Shown: one piece after another, positions 1 to 10,376 of the stretch
Layout of the letters: each line of letters begins with the position of its first letter
Position numbering within the stretch: the stretch's first letter is position 1
NCBI GenBank assembly: GCA_022821385.1
Contig: JAJEDR010000077.1
Coordinates: forward strand, 42,891 to 106,890
DNA from: Rhodothermales bacterium
GTDB taxonomy: Bacteria; Bacteroidota; Rhodothermia; Rhodothermales; Bin80
Length of the DNA stretch: 64,000 nt
Reading direction: 5' to 3'
Notes under the pieces: generated by a model
The model's database searches: none
What the model was told of the DNA's origin: nothing
The model's input: only the letters and a program-made list of their open reading frames with translations
Translations under genes and position numbers: made by a program

Positions 1-425
1 TGTTTATGGGCATCATGGGGATCCGGCAGCGCATGACATCCCGCCAGCAACCCGCCTTCTCGCGGTTTATTGCTAAAGTTTCCAAAAATCATCCTCGCCT
101 ACTGCCGCTCGCAGTGAGCCTTGCAGCCACAGGTTACCACTGTGAAAAAATCACTCGCCAACACACTGTGATGCGTGAGTTCAAGCAGTACCTAACTTCG
201 GAATTGGCAAGGATCGAGCAGGCTGGAATACCACCTATGTCAACATCTGAGGCCGTAGACAAGCTCAGACAGCAAGCGTTGTACCGAATCAATACCCGCG
301 AGAAAACGATCCCAGAGGAGTTCCGTTATGCTGGAGACGGCATTACTGAAGCTATTTCAGACTTCCAACTGGCGTTAGACACGATGTTTGATAGGGCGCT
401 TGCAGACGACATGCCACTAGCTTAA
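1..425 (+). CDS. 3' end of B12-binding radical SAM protein (DUF4070-type C-terminal domain), partial
   Basis: Frame is open to the window edge. FSRFIAKVSKNHPRLLPLAVSLAATGYHCEKIT resembles the DUF4070 tail (YWRFL...P.LFPLAI.LAI.GYHF.KIT) of B12 radical SAM enzymes. Confidence 0.65.
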   Translation, partial: FMGIMGIRQRMTSRQQPAFSRFIAKVSKNHPRLLPLAVSLAATGYHCEKITRQHTVMREFKQYLTSELARIEQAGIPPMSTSEAVDKLRQQALYRINTREKTIPEEFRYAGDGITEAISDFQLALDTMFDRALADDMPLA

Positions 426-520
426 CTAGTGCCTGCCTGAAAATGGCAGACGCCTCTAGTTTTCGCCTGAAAAGTAGACCTATTCGCCTATTTTGGGCCG
501 CTTCTCCTATCCGTATAATC

Positions 521-935
521 ATTTAACGGCATCTTGGCCAAGAACGTCCTCGAAAGGCTAGCCCAGTGCGCCAGCTGGTGTCCCTTCGAACGGCGCCGCG
601 GCTAAGGAAGATGGTACTCGACAAACACCATCGCGAACAACACCAGCAACTTCCTGAACCACTTGGGTACGAACCCGTAGTTCTGCTCCACATGGGGAAA
701 CAACTTCTGTTTGCCGCAGATAAAAAAGCCGCATATCTCTCTGGCAAGCGACATGGGGACCTCCGGTATTTGTTGGAATTCAAGCACTCCAGGATTAAAA
801 AAAGCGCAACGAATCTTCGCAGGTGAGATCAACCCGAAATACCTCCGCCGACAGATCCGCCAGTCAGAAACAGTGTCCGAAAATCATCAAAATGTTTCAA
901 CAAATCACCCAATTCAGGAAATTTGAAAGAGGTTC
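521..935 (-). mobile_element. Decayed IS5/IS1182-like element: transposase N-terminal remnant plus a probable terminal repeat
   Basis: Minus frame reads KLFPHVEQNYGFVPKWFRKLLVLFAMVFVEYHLP*PRRRSKGHQLAHWASLSRTFLAKMPLN. This resembles transposase N-termini of the form LFPWLEEELG...GRPP.DR.AIARAFVAKMVYN and has an in-frame stop at 602-604. TTTGAAAGAGGTTC (922-935) resembles IS ends of the TTTGCAAGAGGCTC type. Confidence 0.6.
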
Positions 936-1063
936 CTATATTCACAATACTAGCGGTAGAACTAAAGTGATATGTTTTGGAATTCAATCACCTCCACTGA
1001 CCCAGATCCAGTTATCATGGAGTAGGATTGTCCAGCCTTGCCTTCGAGTGATCGCCCCCAAGG

Positions 1064-2872
1064 GTGACTGACCAGAACCAATACGACAATCAAATGCTTA
1101 AGAATATGCCACTTGCGATCTGTTCATATGCTCATCGTCTGCCAGGTGGTTTGTTGACGGACAATGATTTTTGGGAACTCCTGGAAAACCGAAAACGAGT
1201 GCGCGAGGACATCAGGAGTCGGTACGGCCGTGGTCTTTTACCTGTGGGAAAGTACCCCAATACAAATCTCCACCTAGCTTCTGCATACGAAGCATTCATT
1301 ACCGATAACAAAGAGAATCAAGTAGATCCAATGCTCTTTGGAATGTCGATGTTGGAAGCAACCAGCATGGAACCTCAGCAGCGGATGATGCTGGGTTGTG
1401 CGTGGGAGGCATTTGAACTCGCTGGATGGTCCGGCCAATCATTGCGTAACAGCGAAACTGGAGTATTCCTTGGGTGTCAAACTCCAAATTCGGCCACATG
1501 GCGCAGTAAGGACGGGGGGAGTTTTTATGACGTCATGATGACCAGTATGTCAATGGTCGCCAATCGGTTGAGTTTTCATTTCAATCTCAAAGGACCCTCT
1601 ATAGCGCATGCAACGGCATGTTCAGCCGGCTTGACGGCCCTGTACGCAGCGGAGCGTGCCATTTTGTTTGGCGACTGCCGTCAAGCCTTAGTCGGCGCAG
1701 TCAACTACTTGGGATCTGGGCGATTATCTGCTGCCTTTACCAGATTGGGAATTATAAGCCCGAATGGCAGGTGTTACACTCTGGATGAACGCGCAAATGG
1801 TTACGTGCGTTCGGAAGGCGCCTTTGCGTATACCGTCAAACCGCTGCACTTAGCTGAAGAGGACGGAGACGAAATTCTTGCGGTGGTCGAAGCGACTGCT
1901 GTGAATACTGCAGGAGCGGCCGACCACGCTCAGGGGCTGGCTCCTGGCCGTTTCATCAGCGCTCCCACACAGCATTCACAAGTGGAAGTGATGCAGAGGG
2001 CAATGGCGCTAGCAAACCGGAGCCCAGAAGAAATTGATTATGTGGAAATGCATGCTACGGGTACGTCCGTGGGAGATGTCATTGAAGGCAATGCAGTGGC
2101 CGAAGCCTATGGGGATTGCGGTAGAGAGATTCCGCTTCGGGTTTGTTCGGTGAAAAGTAACCTTGGGCATATGGAAGCCGCCGCCTTCTGCGGTAGCCTC
2201 TTAAAGGTGCTCCTCATGATCCAGAGGCGCACCTATGCCCCCATTTCGAAAAGCTTCAGTGTACCAAATCCTGACATTGATTTTGAGAAAGGGCCAATGG
2301 TGGTTCAGAGGATGACCGAGCCTTTTCCAGACAAGCCGGTGGTTTTTGGCATTAGTTCGTTCGGATTCGGCGGAGCAAATGGTCACTGCATTGTGAGCGA
2401 ATATGCTCCTGAGTCAAAGCAGATATGGTCAATGCCGGTAGCTCCCCAAATGGGCTACATGATTCCGTTGTCAGCACGCTCGAAGGATGCACTAGTGCAG
2501 ACCGTCAAGGACTTTAATGAGTACCTTCCTAGCTCATCAATCAGTCTCTATACTTTGGCTGGGAATCTCAGCCGCAGGAGAACTCATGATCATGCTCGCA
2601 TTGCGTTTTCTGCCCTTACGATAGAGGAGCTTCAAACGAAGTTTGAGACATTCCTAGAGCATGAAACCCCTTCAATGAATCATGCGACTGATGGCCCGAA
2701 ACGGGTTGCCTTCGTATTTACCGGCCAGGGTACGCAATGGGCAGGATGCGGGAAAATACTTTATGACACAAACCCCGTGTTCAAACGAGTTATTGATACC
2801 ATAGAGGAATTATGGTGCCAATATTCCAGCACGTCACTTCGTGAAGTATGCTTTGGGAATTATAGTGAATAG
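1064..2872 (+). pseudogene. Type I PKS/FAS (SwfA-like), truncated: complete KS, linker and only the start of AT
   Basis: KS triad intact (TACSAG, EMHATGT, KSNLGHMEAAA) and SSFGFGGANGH present. AT begins FVFTGQGTQW (2723-2740), but the ORF stops about 45 aa later with no GHSxG and no ACP. The downstream frames I read do not resume PKS sequence. Confidence 0.8.
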
Positions 2873-3082
2873 TTGGAGGGTCTCCGCTCATTCTCGCTCG
2901 ATATTTTCAGATTCAGAGACAGAATCGTCCATTGGATCATCCTTCCACATACAGAAATCCTTCGCAAACCTTCGCAGAAGGACCGGATGTAGTGTTCACT
3001 TTTTTCAAAAATCCCGCCCTAAGATATCCGAGCCAGAGGTAACCGCCGAAGTCAAGACAAAACGCTCCCGCCTATTCAATAC

Positions 3083-3123
3083 GAAAGCGCCCCGATACCA
3101 CTGGTGAGCATCGGGGCGCTTTC
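3083..3123. terminator. Intrinsic terminator between convergent genes, probably bidirectional
   Basis: 14-bp perfect inverted repeat GAAAGCGCCCCGAT...ATCGGGGCGCTTTC, 35 bp past the stop of the minus-strand gene. Confidence 0.75.
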
Positions 3124-3158
3124 TTTGGATTCCGGGTAGCTGAACTACTCTGCATACA

Positions 3159-4553
3159 TTACTTCATCAGCACCATGAGACCCGTCTTCTCATACCTGCT
3201 TTCCGATCCTGTCGCAACCATCCGATACAGATAGGTTCCTGATGCAAGTTGCGCGGCATTCAGTTCAATGGTGTGGTTCACACCCGCTTCAAACACCCGT
3301 GAGGGTAACTCCATTACCTTGCGTCCCAACACATCACTGACCTGCAGTGTCACCTGCGCCCTCTCAGGAAGATCAAACTGGATCCGTGTTGACGGATTGA
3401 ACGGGTTCGGGTAGTTCCCATGGAGCACGAACTCCGAAGGGATTTCGCTAATCTCGTCCTCAACGGCCGTTGATATACCAGGAAAGAATGAACCAGCCAC
3501 AATGAGGTCTGGATCGCCGGGGAATATTCCAGGAGGAACTTTGATTATATTCCCATAAGTCGTTCTGAGAGTTCCTTCCGCATCATCATTGGGATTACCT
3601 GGATCATCCCAGTAATAATCCACAAAAACACTATCGGATTTGGCTGCTTCAATGATCTTGTACACAAACGTCGTATCGCCTCTAAGATCGGGGTTGCCAA
3701 GAACCGTGCGACCTTGCCGATAGGGATCTGTTGCGTGGAAAAACACATACCCTTTCTCCGTAATTACGTAGAGGTAAACCGTGCCGTGTCTGAAGTGTCC
3801 GCCATCTTCAACCTTTATTCGGAACTGACATCCCAACTGACGAGTAAATGTTATCCCACGCGATTCACGAAGGTCTAGCAACCATTTCGTAGCACCGTCC
3901 ACAAACATTTTTAGAGTTTCGCGGCTCACCACCTGGTCAGCAGTAACGTCAGGGGGATCAATATCAGTAATGGGTCTACACAGATTTCCTAAATCCTGCG
4001 AATATCCACCAACAGTCACAAACTCGCGGTCGAGTATAGCTGATCTGTATCGCATCGCAAAACTCGTCATCTTCGTACAGTCTGAGCGGTTCGCTGGATC
4101 ACTGTACTTACAGTACTCCACCTTTATTGCTTCCTGTCTCGTTGCCCTCAACATCTCCTTAAACACCTCCGTGCCTTCTCCATCTGTTTGATTAAGGACG
4201 AATTGCTTGTTTAACTGGGGAGACTTCCCATGAAAAGAAATGAGTCCCGCATCACCAATCATTACCAGATAGATGTCGCCTGAATGTAAATCAGAACCGT
4301 CCGTGTACAGATCCTGTAAGATTGCAAGCCCGTCGTCAAGGTCGTCGAGTTTTTCAAACTCCGAGGTGGCCCAAGTGACAAAAGCCTTCAGCGAATCTTC
4401 ATTCACGATTCCATCCTGACCCACGACTGCACTGGCTGTCACCTTCGGCACCTGCGCCTGTAGTGAGTTTGAATCTGAAAACTGGATCCCTGCTCCCAAA
4501 AAGATGATCAAGGTCAGGGTAACTATAAATCTCCATCTATTCGACATCATCAT
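3159..4553 (-). CDS. Secreted tandem Cache-domain protein with T9SS type A sorting domain
   Basis: Signal peptide; two sCache_2-like repeats (GDIYLVMIGDAGLISFHG..., GTVYLYVITEKGYVFFHA...FVDYYWDDP); C-terminal GNYPNPFNPST...LASGTYLYR. Start placed at the MMMSNRW cluster (ORF extends to 4592). Confidence 0.8.
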   Translation of the reverse strand: MMMSNRWRFIVTLTLIIFLGAGIQFSDSNSLQAQVPKVTASAVVGQDGIVNEDSLKAFVTWATSEFEKLDDLDDGLAILQDLYTDGSDLHSGDIYLVMIGDAGLISFHGKSPQLNKQFVLNQTDGEGTEVFKEMLRATRQEAIKVEYCKYSDPANRSDCTKMTSFAMRYRSAILDREFVTVGGYSQDLGNLCRPITDIDPPDVTADQVVSRETLKMFVDGATKWLLDLRESRGITFTRQLGCQFRIKVEDGGHFRHGTVYLYVITEKGYVFFHATDPYRQGRTVLGNPDLRGDTTFVYKIIEAAKSDSVFVDYYWDDPGNPNDDAEGTLRTTYGNIIKVPPGIFPGDPDLIVAGSFFPGISTAVEDEISEIPSEFVLHGNYPNPFNPSTRIQFDLPERAQVTLQVSDVLGRKVMELPSRVFEAGVNHTIELNAAQLASGTYLYRMVATGSESRYEKTGLMVLMK

Positions 4554-4658
4554 ACTACTTGCAGGGTTTGACTGATTCGCTAGGCAAAACATAAGGCAAA
4601 TAATTCTGTAGAGTTAACAGAATATTCAGATATCCATCCAAAATCCCAGAGTACGGGT

Positions 4659-6998
4659 TCAGCCTTTCTTTGTCGTATCAGGTGCGTCGGGGTAACTGAT
4701 ACGAACATGATGTACGCCAATCAGCTGCTTGAGCAAAACTTCTTTAATCAGAGAAATATCCCGAAGAGTTAGACCGGTGTCGTCTAACTGTCCACTGGCG
4801 ACCCTCTGGGTTATGAGATAATCTACCAGTTTTTCCAACTTCTCCTCGGTCTTATCCTGCATCGTTCGAGACGCCGCCTCAACGGTATCGGTTAGCATGA
4901 GGATACCGGTTTCCTTGGAGGTTGGTCGAGGACCTGGGTACGTAAAAACAGTCTCATCAACAGTAGTATCGTTGACTTTCGCTAACTCAACAGCCCGCTG
5001 GAAGAAATATTCTGTTCGCGTAGTTCCGTGATGCGAACTAATAAAGGACATAACCTTTGCTGGAAGATGGTATTGTTCTCCAAGCTTCAGGCCGCTTGCT
5101 ACGTGACCAATGATGATTAGGGCACTCGATTCCGGGGACAGTTCGTCGTGTGGGTTGGTATCCCCAGCCAAGTTTTCAATAAAGTACTGAGGGCCGAAGA
5201 GCTTGCCAATGTCGTGATAGAGCCCCCCTACCCTCGTTAAAAGAATGTCTGCACCAACTTCATCCGCTACCGATTCAGCAAGGCTTGATACCTGCATCGA
5301 ATGATTGAATGTTCCAGGAGCATTCTTTATCAATTCCCTGAGCAATGGTTGATTGGTATCTGACAGCTCCAAGAGGCGCATATCTGTAGTAACATCAAAT
5401 ACACGCTCAACTACCCAGAGGAACGGATAAGCTGTGACTAAAAGGAATGAGCCCACGCCCGCAAACATCAGGCGTTCCTGAAGCTGTGGCCAAGCGCTGC
5501 CCTCATAAAGCCATATGGCCAATAGCGCCAAAGCGTAACCGGCAAATGCATACGCAGCGGTTAGAAATAATTGCCCTCTATTGCGCAGCCCACGCGCACT
5601 GAATATTGCAGCGGAGCCTCCTACAAGCGTGGCCCAGGTATACGTGAAATTGGAATCAAGCATTAGTCCGCCGAGCAGTGCTAAAACAAACGTGCCGAAA
5701 AATGCCATACGCGAATCAAAAATCACAGTCAACAAGACTGAAACGATGACAACAGGTACTGCATAGATAAATTGAGCAGGTGCAAAACGAATTACTATGC
5801 CAAATGCAATGACAACCACAGTATAGAATAAAGCTAGAAGTAGGATGAACTTGTTACTGCGAAAGACTGTGGGACGCGCATTCTTCAGGAAAATCGCGAA
5901 AATACCAACGACCGTTAAGCCTAACAATAGCTGTCCAAGCAATTGTAGGCGTCCCTGGGTTGCCGATAATTCGCTCCCCCGTTCTCTTTCCAGGGAATCC
6001 AGCTTTTGTTTTATTTCCGGGGTTATGCGCTCCCCGTTGCGTACAATTTCTTCGCCCTCCGCTACCATGCCTCGAACGGGAAGAATCAATGCTTCCGCTT
6101 CTCTACGACGAAGTTCTGTTGGTCCAGATTGATAGATGAGTGACGGCACAAAGATTGCTTCAATAAACTGGGATATCGCCGCGGTACTAAGAAGAGGATC
6201 CCCTTGAAGTACCGTTTCTTCAAGCCAAACCCGAATTCGTTCGCGGGCCTCATAATGACCAACTACGCCTGTTGCCGTTCTTTGCTCAAAAGTCTGGGCA
6301 AGTGTATCCCGTACGGTCAGATATTCTGTTCGGACTGAATCTATGGGCACGTCAAGCACTCCCTGGAGCTGGAGCCGTTGGCTTCGATCTGCGATCGCGT
6401 CCAGTATGCGTTCAAAGAGTGGTGATTCCATCGGAGCCAATCTGGTGGCCGTCGGCATGTCGGGACTGCGGCGAGCGTAATCCCAGCCTAAGTGACGCCA
6501 GATTGAACCACTTAGTCGGATTGGTGCTTGAAGACGAAGGGCCATAAAAAGGAGGGAATCTTCCACCGTAGCGGTAGATAATTGCTCAGGCGAAAGATCC
6601 GTACCGGCAGCAATGCTGTCTCTCCGGGCCCCTATGAGATAATTTGTATAAGCATTAAACACAGCATCCAATGATGCGGCAATAGAGTCCGCCATATCGC
6701 GCGTCTGCTGCCTTGCTTCGTGAAAGGGGTAGAAGATTGGCTCGGTAGCATCCCGTACGCGTTGTCTTTCTGCGCGGAGTGAATCATCGGATTTGTAAAG
6801 AGGAAACTCGGATTCTGCGATCAGTGTTTCTTCCTGCCAACGATCTCCCACAGACTTAGAAATTTCGGATATATCCCCTTGCCTGAAAGCCAGTGTAGTT
6901 ACGATGAGCAGTACTATGAATACACCAAGCTTCAGTCCAATAAAATCTCGGATCAGCTTACGTAAGCGCCAAACAAAATATCGCCGTCGTGATGTCAT
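4659..6998 (-). CDS. 7TM-HD family phosphohydrolase (PgpH-like cyclic-di-AMP phosphodiesterase)
   Basis: Extracellular domain, about 7 TM helices, then APGTFNHS, LYHDIGK, HHGT and DTVEAASR motifs. Confidence 0.85.
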   Translation of the reverse strand: MTSRRRYFVWRLRKLIRDFIGLKLGVFIVLLIVTTLAFRQGDISEISKSVGDRWQEETLIAESEFPLYKSDDSLRAERQRVRDATEPIFYPFHEARQQTRDMADSIAASLDAVFNAYTNYLIGARRDSIAAGTDLSPEQLSTATVEDSLLFMALRLQAPIRLSGSIWRHLGWDYARRSPDMPTATRLAPMESPLFERILDAIADRSQRLQLQGVLDVPIDSVRTEYLTVRDTLAQTFEQRTATGVVGHYEARERIRVWLEETVLQGDPLLSTAAISQFIEAIFVPSLIYQSGPTELRRREAEALILPVRGMVAEGEEIVRNGERITPEIKQKLDSLERERGSELSATQGRLQLLGQLLLGLTVVGIFAIFLKNARPTVFRSNKFILLLALFYTVVVIAFGIVIRFAPAQFIYAVPVVIVSVLLTVIFDSRMAFFGTFVLALLGGLMLDSNFTYTWATLVGGSAAIFSARGLRNRGQLFLTAAYAFAGYALALLAIWLYEGSAWPQLQERLMFAGVGSFLLVTAYPFLWVVERVFDVTTDMRLLELSDTNQPLLRELIKNAPGTFNHSMQVSSLAESVADEVGADILLTRVGGLYHDIGKLFGPQYFIENLAGDTNPHDELSPESSALIIIGHVASGLKLGEQYHLPAKVMSFISSHHGTTRTEYFFQRAVELAKVNDTTVDETVFTYPGPRPTSKETGILMLTDTVEAASRTMQDKTEEKLEKLVDYLITQRVASGQLDDTGLTLRDISLIKEVLLKQLIGVHHVRISYPDAPDTTKKG

Positions 6999-7013
6999 CG
7001 AGTATAGATAACG

Positions 7014-8561
7014 CTATCTCTTGCGGCGAAGCGAGAGAAGGAAGCCAACAGAAATGCAAATTGCACTTCCGATCAACGTATACCATGGCCAGGCAATCTG
7101 GCGTAATCCGGCCTCTTCAATCATTCCATCTGGTGGATTAATTGCAAATATCCAACCCTCTGTTGGGCTGTGCCAAAGCCCAAAGATAACTAGTACCATG
7201 ACCACAATTGTGAGAATAAAGGCAAACACTGCATCCCATTCCTTTGCATTTCTTACCACAATTCCCAACAGGAAGCCTCCCAATAGGCCTCCATAGGTAA
7301 ACGAGGCAATGGCCAGTCCAAGTTCAACTACTGGATTATCAGTATTCTCGAACAGGCTTGCAAAGACTACAAACAATGCTCCCCAAAACAGGGTCAGGCC
7401 TCGGGAGAGTAATAAACCTCTGGCTTTGCCGATCGGATTTTTTATCCACCGCTCGACCAGATCCATCATTGAGGAGGATGCCAAAGAATTAAGTGAAGAA
7501 GACAGTGTACTCATTGCTGCTGCAAGAATACCGGCCAGAAGTAGCCCTGACAGACCGGCCGGTAAACCTTCAATTATATAACGAGGAAAGACCTCATCCC
7601 CGCGAGAGAGCCCCAGTTCCGCGGGTGTAACGCCGCCATAATGTACCCACAACAGTGTACCGATCGCGAGAAACAAGGCAAATTGCAGGGCCACGAGCAC
7701 AGCACTGCCTACCAATGCATACTGGCTATCCTTGAGGGTTCTGCAGGTCAGTAGCCGCTGGACGATCAGCTGATCGGTACCATGTGAAGCCATAGAGAAT
7801 ACCCCGCCTCCGATAACAGCTGTCACAGTGACATAGGGCTGAGTAATCCAGTCAGTGAACGAACCTCCAAGTCCAAAGTCAATCACACGCAGTTTGCCTT
7901 CCGTTGCCGCCAATCTCATCGCTCCTTCCGGTAAACCATCAAACAGTAAAAAAGCACACAGGACACCTCCTACAACATATAGTCCCATCTGTACGACATC
8001 GATCCATATGACTGCCCGAATACCGCCGACCAGGGTATATATGACCGTGATAATCCCAAGCAGAAGTATAATCTGACCATAGGTTACTGGATCTCCCATG
8101 ACCGTTAATCCAGCGGAATCTGCAATAACCTTCAATGGAATTGCCGTAGCAAAAAGGCGTACACCATCCGCCAACAGTCGCGTGACCATGAATGTAACGG
8201 ATGCAGTGGATCTCATTCGATCCCCGAAGCGTTCCCCCAAATAGGCATACGCGGTCGTCATTGCTCCCTTAAAGTAGCGTGGCAGGAACAGCAGGCTCAC
8301 TGCTATACGCCCTACAAGGTATCCGATGGTGATTTGGAGAAAGGTCATAGTACCTCCGTAAGCGACCGCAGGCACCCCAATTATTGTCAAGGTACTTGTT
8401 TCTGTGGCTACGACTGAGAAACAGACTGCCCACCACGGCAAATCTCTGCCGCCTAGGAAATAGTCATCCGTTGAGCGCTGACGTCCTCCAAGGCGTATAC
8501 CCAGAGCGGCTATGCCGATCAGATATACCACTATAACGGTGTAGTCAAGCACTGATAGCAT
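7014..8561 (-). CDS. Sodium:solute symporter family transporter
   Basis: DYFLGGRDLPWWAV.FS.VATETS, GTDQLIVQRLL and AAAMSTLSSSLNS motifs. Confidence 0.92.
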   Translation of the reverse strand: MLSVLDYTVIVVYLIGIAALGIRLGGRQRSTDDYFLGGRDLPWWAVCFSVVATETSTLTIIGVPAVAYGGTMTFLQITIGYLVGRIAVSLLFLPRYFKGAMTTAYAYLGERFGDRMRSTASVTFMVTRLLADGVRLFATAIPLKVIADSAGLTVMGDPVTYGQIILLLGIITVIYTLVGGIRAVIWIDVVQMGLYVVGGVLCAFLLFDGLPEGAMRLAATEGKLRVIDFGLGGSFTDWITQPYVTVTAVIGGGVFSMASHGTDQLIVQRLLTCRTLKDSQYALVGSAVLVALQFALFLAIGTLLWVHYGGVTPAELGLSRGDEVFPRYIIEGLPAGLSGLLLAGILAAAMSTLSSSLNSLASSSMMDLVERWIKNPIGKARGLLLSRGLTLFWGALFVVFASLFENTDNPVVELGLAIASFTYGGLLGGFLLGIVVRNAKEWDAVFAFILTIVVMVLVIFGLWHSPTEGWIFAINPPDGMIEEAGLRQIAWPWYTLIGSAICISVGFLLSLRRKR

Positions 8562-8569
8562 CCGCAGCT

Positions 8570-9928
8570 TCAGTCAATCCCAAGCTTTTTAGATATTTCT
8601 TCAAGCGGTACCCCTTTGGTTTCGGGCATGACAAAAACTACCCACAGGAGTTGCCCAACCATACACAGCGCATAGAACGCGAAAATATTTGCCCCGGATA
8701 CTTCTGCAATCATAGGGAATGTAAGTGATATTATTGCGGCCATAATCCAATGCACAAAGCTACCCAAGCTCTGTCCACGTGCCCGTACACTGTTAGGGAA
8801 TATCTCACCAAGAAACACCCAAATGACGGCTCCCTGGCCAAACGCATGTGATGCAATGAATACGATAAGACTGACCAGTACTACCGGACCTGTTACTTCG
8901 GTATAAAAAGCGACCGCAGTAGCCCCCAGACTTAGGATATAGCCGATAGATCCCACCAACATGAGTTTCTTGCGACCAAATTTGTCAATAACAGAAAGCG
9001 CGACAGCTGTTGCAATGAGGTTAACACTGCCAATGATTACGGCCTGAAGGAGTGCAGAGGTACCGGAGGCACCCGCCATTTCGAATATTCGGCGGGTATA
9101 ATAGATCAATGCATTAATCCCTGAGAGCTGATTAAATGCAGCGATTGCTATGGCCAAAAAGATTGGTTTCAGGTATTTGGGCTGAAAAAAGCGCTCAGTC
9201 AGATGCTTGCGTGTTTCTGCCAATGATGCCCTTATGGCTGCAAGATCTTTTACCGCATCGGAACCGTTACCCCCCATACTAATGAGTACGTCTCTGGCTT
9301 CGTCATCTCGTCCCTGTGCAACAAGCCATCGTGGGCTTCGGGGATTTGTAAACAGTAGCGTTGTGAAGACTAGTGCGGGTACCGCCTCTATCCCGAACAT
9401 CCAGCGCCATTCAATCGCCCCCAGTTCAAATGAAGCAATGGTGAAGTTCGATAAATACGCTAGTAAGATGCCAAGTACGATATTGAGCTGGACTAGGGCT
9501 ACCAGCCGGCCCCGTATATTTGCCGGAGCAATTTCTGCCACATACATAGGGGCAACGACTGATGCTCCCCCAACGCCTAATCCGCCGATCAGACGGAAAA
9601 ATGCAAACGATCCAGCATCCCAGGCTACGGCGCTCCCGATCGAAGATAGGAGGTACAACCCTCCCATAAGCATCAGCATTGGCCGGCGTCCGTAACGATC
9701 GGCGGGCTTGGAGAACACTAATGATCCGATTATTGTACCTATCAATGCAGTGGCAACTAGTGTTCCGTGCCAGAAAGGAGGTGTACCGAAAGCCCCACTG
9801 AGGCGTTGGTAAGTCGGATCGTACAAATCTCGAAGCATTCCTTCCGCTCCTGAGATTACCGCCGTATCAAAACCAAATAGTAGGCCTCCTAAAGCAGCAA
9901 CCAAGGAAGCCCAGATCACTCTAGACAT
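8570..9928 (-). CDS. Sugar porter family MFS transporter (XylE/AraE-like)
   Basis: GGLLFGFDTAVISG, DRYGRR, FNQLSGINA and PETKG motifs. Confidence 0.95.
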   Translation of the reverse strand: MSRVIWASLVAALGGLLFGFDTAVISGAEGMLRDLYDPTYQRLSGAFGTPPFWHGTLVATALIGTIIGSLVFSKPADRYGRRPMLMLMGGLYLLSSIGSAVAWDAGSFAFFRLIGGLGVGGASVVAPMYVAEIAPANIRGRLVALVQLNIVLGILLAYLSNFTIASFELGAIEWRWMFGIEAVPALVFTTLLFTNPRSPRWLVAQGRDDEARDVLISMGGNGSDAVKDLAAIRASLAETRKHLTERFFQPKYLKPIFLAIAIAAFNQLSGINALIYYTRRIFEMAGASGTSALLQAVIIGSVNLIATAVALSVIDKFGRKKLMLVGSIGYILSLGATAVAFYTEVTGPVVLVSLIVFIASHAFGQGAVIWVFLGEIFPNSVRARGQSLGSFVHWIMAAIISLTFPMIAEVSGANIFAFYALCMVGQLLWVVFVMPETKGVPLEEISKKLGID

Positions 9929-10270
9929 GGCATTACAGGCCGTTGATGATGGAAATAGAGTACATGTTAGTGATTTAAGGTAACGATTTACGGCAAATGC
10001 ACGAGTTTGTGAATCAAGTCTCTTAGTTACGAACTACTGAGGTGAACCTGAATCATTTTTGGCGTTTAGTGTCCGATCTACGGGTAGCAGAGTATTGAAG
10101 TGAAATGGCTTCACCAATGCCAATAGCTGTCCGGTACATTGCAGGACATAACTATAGTTGAAGCATCTCCTCACATTTGGGCTTGCGGACGTGCAAGTAC
10201 TGAACGCTACATAATATGCCTACAATAATATCACCAGAACACGAGCCACACTAGATAGATGAGCACCAGA

Positions 10271-10376
10271 AAACATATGTCTCCAGACCTTTGCTCCAGA
10301 CTGAACATATGTTCTTATAAGAATCTGAGGAGAAAACATATGTTTCGGGTTGCGCCTTCGTGTGTTACATATGTAC
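10271..10376. promoter_or_regulatory. Array of four ACATATGT palindromes at 31-32 bp spacing in a divergent intergenic region
   Basis: Cores at 10273, 10305, 10336 and 10367. Contexts: AAACATATGTCT, GAACATATGTTC, AAACATATGTTT, TACATATGTA. The repeat is seen directly; the regulatory role is inferred. Confidence 0.6.

Noticed and set aside
2873-2990. The in-frame peptide after the PKS stop contains FRDRIVHW, reminiscent of the reverse-transcriptase motif FRDRVVH of DGR/group II RTs
   Set aside because: Only about 39 codons, wrong spacing to upstream RT motifs, no YxDD, and no template/variable repeat pair seen. Most likely coincidence.
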